This document shows, piece after piece, positions 58,002 through 64,000 of a stretch of 64,000 bases of DNA. The notes beneath the pieces are model-generated. The model was not told where the DNA came from and did not search any database. It saw nothing but the letters and a program-made list of their open reading frames with translations. The stretch lies in the NCBI GenBank assembly GCA_017463665.1, contig JAFTOT010000035.1, positions 4,996-68,995 on the forward strand. Reading direction: 5' to 3'. Numbering within the stretch: position 1 is the stretch's first letter; each line of letters begins with the position of its first letter. The position numbers and the translations under genes are program-made. The DNA is from Clostridia bacterium. GTDB lineage: Bacteria; Bacillota; Clostridia; Oscillospirales; CAG-272.

Positions 58002-58984
58002 TGGGCAACAAGCAAGACGTTATTCTCCGCAGCCGTGTGCGTCTGGCGCGCAACATCGTAGACTATCCCTTTGCACCTGTGCTGAACACAGCGTGCCGTA
58101 AGGAAATCATCGAAAAAGCCGAAAATGCGCTGCGCACCAATGGATACACTCGTCAAAACGATACCGACAATACGGTTGCCGTGCACGCGCTTTCCGAAGA
58201 AAACCTGGTCAGCCGTGAATTTGCAGACGATAAAGAGCTGCACGCTTTGCTTTGTAACGCAGATGCCAATACGTACATTATGGTATGCGAGGAGGATCAT
58301 CTCCGCATTCAGAGCTTTGCAGACGGCGCTGATTTGACTACCGCAGGCAAGCGTGCATTTGCCGCCGAGCGGCTTTTGAATGAGAAGATCAAGTTTGCGT
58401 TTGACCGCGAGCTCGGATATCTTACCCACTGCCCCACAAACCTCGGCACGGCGATGCGTGCATCCATGATGATGTTCTTGCCGGCGCTGACGATGCTCGG
58501 ACGCATGGGTGATCTGAAATCGCAGCTTGAAAAGATCGGCGTGACCATCCGCGGTCTGTACGGCGAAGGTTCGGCGGCGGATGCCTATATGTACCAAATT
58601 TCCAATCGGCTCTCTCTCGGACTCAGCGAGGATGACCTGCTCCGCAAGATCGAATCGGTTGCAAGCCGCATCGCCGAGGATGAGCTGCGTGCGCGAAAAT
58701 CCCTGCTTGCCGCACGCAGTGACGCACTGACCGATAAAATTCTGCGTTCGTTGGGTATACTCAAATATGCCCACATGATCTCGGGGAAAGAATTCCTCGA
58801 TTGCTATGCCTATGTGCGGCTGGGCATTTCCCTTGGACTGATCGACTCGGTACAGCTGAGCGAGCTGGACAAACTGCTCTATGAAGCGATGCCTGCACAT
58901 CTGATTGCGAAAAACAAGGACGCGGCATCCGATGCAACACTGCGCGACAAACTCCGGGCAGAAACTATCAAACGACGCATTTAA
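58001..58984 (+). CDS. mcsB: protein arginine kinase McsB
   Basis: 327 aa with phosphagen-kinase signature HCPTNLGTAMRAS. Its start overlaps the mcsA stop (TGATG). Confidence 0.9.
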   Translation: MGNKQDVILRSRVRLARNIVDYPFAPVLNTACRKEIIEKAENALRTNGYTRQNDTDNTVAVHALSEENLVSREFADDKELHALLCNADANTYIMVCEEDHLRIQSFADGADLTTAGKRAFAAERLLNEKIKFAFDRELGYLTHCPTNLGTAMRASMMMFLPALTMLGRMGDLKSQLEKIGVTIRGLYGEGSAADAYMYQISNRLSLGLSEDDLLRKIESVASRIAEDELRARKSLLAARSDALTDKILRSLGILKYAHMISGKEFLDCYAYVRLGISLGLIDSVQLSELDKLLYEAMPAHLIAKNKDAASDATLRDKLRAETIKRRI

Positions 58985-59007
58985 CCTTTTTTAAAGGAGT
59001 GATACTT

Positions 59008-61476
<2,469 letters not shown>

Positions 61477-61481
61477 CATCT

Positions 61482-61521
61482 AAAAAAGATAGCATAGCCG
61501 AATTGGCTATGCTATCTTTTG
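61482..61521. terminator. bidirectional intrinsic terminator (clpC / GH43 gene)
   Basis: AAAAAAGATAGCATAGCC-GAATT-GGCTATGCTATCTTTTG. Confidence 0.68.
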
Positions 61522-61534
61522 TTATTCTGTGATG

Positions 61535-63775
61535 TTATTCTGCGATCTTTTTCATGATCGCCACGGCATCCATATAGTTCTCTCTGCCGTTGGCATCTAC
61601 GTCATAACTGCCGCAGTATTCAGGACTTGTTGCCTGGCGTTTGATCAGATAGAATGCATCCAGCAGATTTGTCTTACCGTCGCGATTGACATCGTAGCGA
61701 TAGATGTTGGAAGGCAAATACTGCGAAGTGGTAGACGGACCGTTTACTGTAAGGATATCGGGACCGCCGTTCGGATCTTTGACGAACTGTACTTTGTCGA
61801 TACAAGTTTGTCTGGGTTCTACAATACTATTCGAAACATGCTTGTGGTACACCATATACAGCTCGGTGCCGTCGGGAGATTTGACATACACACCGTCGCC
61901 CACGCCATTGATCGCGCTGTTGTAGGTTAAGATCTCGTTGTATTCATATTTTGTGTACGGTCCGAGGATGTTTTCAGCGATCGCATACGCTTCGCCGTAA
62001 TGTCCTTTATAGTGACCGGACGCATAGATCATATAGTAATAGCCGTTGTGCTTATAAAGCACGCCGCCCTCGCTGATATTACCGTAACCGTCATTCTCGT
62101 ATTCCGTAGTCGGAGAAACAACCTTTCTCAAAGTTCCGGGAACGGCTGAGAAAACTCCATCCTTCAAAGTAACTTCTTCAAGATAGATATGGTTGCCGTT
62201 GTCAAAGCGAACATAGGACATGTAGACCTTTCCGCTCTCATCAAGGTACGGGTGACCGCCGATTTCAGGTACATTGTGCAAAGGCACCTGCCCGTTTTTG
62301 TGCTCAAAGGGACCATAAGGAGATTCGGAATATGCGCAGAAAATACGGTTACTGCCGGATGCATTTTTTGCAGCGTAAAACAGATAGAACAAGCCGTCAT
62401 AGTAGAAAACATTCGGGCTCATATAGCTGCTCGCGGTATACTCACCGGGTTTGTGCGTAAAAACGATATCGCGCGGCAACCAATGCACCAGGTCGGGCGA
62501 AGTATATACGCGGAAAATATTGTTGCCGTTGGAAATGCGATGATAGAGATAATATGTGCCATCATAGAACAGCACATCGGGATCGGCTCCGGTATTCACG
62601 GGATTGGTATAGGTGTCACCTGTTTTTCCCTGACTGTCCATGATCGAAAGCGTCTCTATCTTGCCGCCCTCCAGCCAGACGCCGAATTTGCCTGCCGTAT
62701 ACTCTTTCAGCTTCAGTTCAAAGGTGAAAAAGGCATCTTCTCCCTGCGAAAATGTGTCAAAAATCGCGGTTGCAACATTTTCATATACCGAAACCGATGC
62801 AAGATAGGAGCCATCGCCTATGGGCGCGTTTTTGCGTCCCAAGCAGATATATTTGCCGTCTTTGATCTGATACAGTGCAACCGTCTCATCCTTTTTGTGG
62901 ATCTCAAAAGCGTATCCGTTTCCACTGTCGTCCATGCCGAAGAAAAGCTTGCTGACACCAACGGGCGTGAGCATAACTTCCGCCGTAAAGTTTTCTTGCA
63001 TCGAAGCTGTTGTCAGCATGGCACCGCTGCCGCTTACCGCACTGCCGCTCTTCTGCAAGCCGACCGCATTAAAGGAAACGCCGTCAAGCTCCACCTTTTC
63101 GTTCATTGTGGGTAGAACATCATCCACAAAAACGGTGAGACGGAAATTATCAAACGTGCCGCGATCGCTGTAGAATTTGCGAAGTCCGATCGTGCCGCCG
63201 AAAGCATCGTACACATCTTTGGTCGAAGTGCCGTGCTCATAAGTAACACCGTAATACTGTGTCGTTCCATCCGGAGAAGTGACCGTATAGGTCAGCTCGT
63301 TATCCACTACACGTACAGAAAGATGGATATCTTTTGCAGTGACAACATCAGAGCTTGCCACGATGTTGCCGCTCCATACGCCCTGTGCATTATAACAGCC
63401 AAGGGCAGCTTTTTTGCCGTTGGTGCCGATAAAGCAGTCATAACCCAAAAACTCAGGTGCAGTCGCTGCAAGTCCGTCACCGGTTCCACCGATCAGGATA
63501 CCGCCCGTGGAAGTGTGTCCAAAAAAATCCACGTCTACCTGAAAGTTCATACCTGCATATTCCTCGGGAATTGCGTACGTTAAAAAGGCAGATCCGCTGC
63601 CATTGCCAAGTGAGAGCATTCCATCGGTAACCTGCCAGCTTCCCTTCTTGGTAAACGCACTGAAATCATCGCTCGAAAAATCGTTTTCGTACACAACAAC
63701 TTCTTTTGCATGCAGTGTCACGGTCAGCATAACGAATAAAATCGAAGTTAATAAAAAACGCATTACCTTTCGCAT
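61535..63775 (-). CDS. secreted glycoside hydrolase family 43 enzyme with N-terminal lectin/LamG-like modules and a C-terminal type-I dockerin
   Basis: 746 aa. Signal peptide MRKVMRFLLTSILFVMLTVTLHA. GH43 beta-propeller motifs (GADPDVLFYDGTYYLYH and repeated YY.Y blades). C-terminal duplicated Ca-binding dockerin segments YDVNRDGKTNLLDAFYLIK and YDVDANGRENYMDAVAIMK. Confidence 0.85.
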   Translation of the reverse strand: MRKVMRFLLTSILFVMLTVTLHAKEVVVYENDFSSDDFSAFTKKGSWQVTDGMLSLGNGSGSAFLTYAIPEEYAGMNFQVDVDFFGHTSTGGILIGGTGDGLAATAPEFLGYDCFIGTNGKKAALGCYNAQGVWSGNIVASSDVVTAKDIHLSVRVVDNELTYTVTSPDGTTQYYGVTYEHGTSTKDVYDAFGGTIGLRKFYSDRGTFDNFRLTVFVDDVLPTMNEKVELDGVSFNAVGLQKSGSAVSGSGAMLTTASMQENFTAEVMLTPVGVSKLFFGMDDSGNGYAFEIHKKDETVALYQIKDGKYICLGRKNAPIGDGSYLASVSVYENVATAIFDTFSQGEDAFFTFELKLKEYTAGKFGVWLEGGKIETLSIMDSQGKTGDTYTNPVNTGADPDVLFYDGTYYLYHRISNGNNIFRVYTSPDLVHWLPRDIVFTHKPGEYTASSYMSPNVFYYDGLFYLFYAAKNASGSNRIFCAYSESPYGPFEHKNGQVPLHNVPEIGGHPYLDESGKVYMSYVRFDNGNHIYLEEVTLKDGVFSAVPGTLRKVVSPTTEYENDGYGNISEGGVLYKHNGYYYMIYASGHYKGHYGEAYAIAENILGPYTKYEYNEILTYNSAINGVGDGVYVKSPDGTELYMVYHKHVSNSIVEPRQTCIDKVQFVKDPNGGPDILTVNGPSTTSQYLPSNIYRYDVNRDGKTNLLDAFYLIKRQATSPEYCGSYDVDANGRENYMDAVAIMKKIAE

Positions 63776-63881
63776 AGACTCTTTCCTTTCTATTTATAAA
63801 GGTTTCTATCGCTATTCTAACAAATCTATTATTTTTCGTCAATACCGATACCAAACAAATATACCCATAAATAAACGAATA

Positions 63882-63901
63882 GCAGACCGTTTTCGGTCTG
63901 C
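63882..63901 (-). terminator. stem-loop after the right-edge gene
   Basis: GCAGACCG-TTTT-CGGTCTGC overlaps the stop codon by 1 nt. The minus-strand tail is TATTCGTTTATTTA. Confidence 0.45.
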
Positions 63902-64000
63902 TACATTCTGTATTTTTCGAGATCGACTTTACCGTCGATGACTTCCACGCCCTCGGCACGGAGCATGTCTGCCTGTACGCCCTCTCCGCCAAAGACAAAG
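63901..64000 (-). CDS. C-terminal end of an unidentified protein (gene starts beyond the right edge)
   Basis: My own translation of the minus strand gives ...FVFGGEGVQADMLRAEGVEVIDGKVDLEKYRM*, ending at TAG 63903..63901. Codon usage is native-like. The 110-aa track ORF 63666..63998 is in a different frame and runs through the terminator and the GH43 promoter. Confidence 0.35.
   Translation of the reverse strand, partial: FVFGGEGVQADMLRAEGVEVIDGKVDLEKYRM

Noticed and set aside
63666-63998. 110-aa minus-strand ORF at the right edge
   Set aside because: It runs through a terminator hairpin and the GH43 promoter region, and its composition is atypical. A different frame gives a clean protein C-terminus ending at 63901.

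Overview
This is a densely packed, mostly core-genome segment of a spore-forming Firmicute. It looks like Clostridia, probably Oscillospiraceae/Ruminococcaceae-like, judged from spo0A, ytfJ, whiA, a SleC-like gene and a dockerin-bearing GH43. GC is roughly 50% by eye.

Gene order follows classic Bacillus/Clostridium housekeeping clusters:
- (yqeK)-nadD-yhbY-rdgB-ftsY-smc, then rnc-plsX-trmFO-topA-dprA
- rplT-rpmI-infC, with an ATT start on infC
- lon-engB-scpA-scpB-ytfI/ytfJ-dacB-rluB-spo0A
- purA-purB, PBP1A, and dnaE-whiA-murB-tyrS-recN-argR-nadK-tlyA-ispA-xseB-xseA-nusB
- ctsR-mcsA-mcsB-clpC

I found no rRNA or tRNA genes, CRISPR arrays, transposases, integrases, prophage genes or recognisable defence genes. 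I cannot point to a convincing new multi-gene system.

The observations most worth a second look are:
1. A SleC-like spore-cortex hydrolase is divided by a single in-frame TGA into a stand-alone pre-domain ORF and a catalytic/peptidoglycan-binding ORF.
2. An AT-rich 592-aa alanyl-tRNA synthetase lacks the C-Ala domain. It sits behind a consensus promoter and a complete T-box leader with candidate specifier GCA, and is probably a horizontally acquired auxiliary AlaRS.
3. An AT-rich sugar-isomerase cassette flanked by terminators is inserted into the normally contiguous rnc-smc junction.
4. Several regulatory elements can be read directly from the sequence: a CtsR operator, an infC leader, a 0A box and start-proximal hairpins.

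Many very long ORFs in the track (up to 1188 aa) are antisense shadow ORFs caused by avoidance of TTA/CTA/TCA codons, so I rejected them. All product calls rest on motif recognition and remembered family features. No database search was run.
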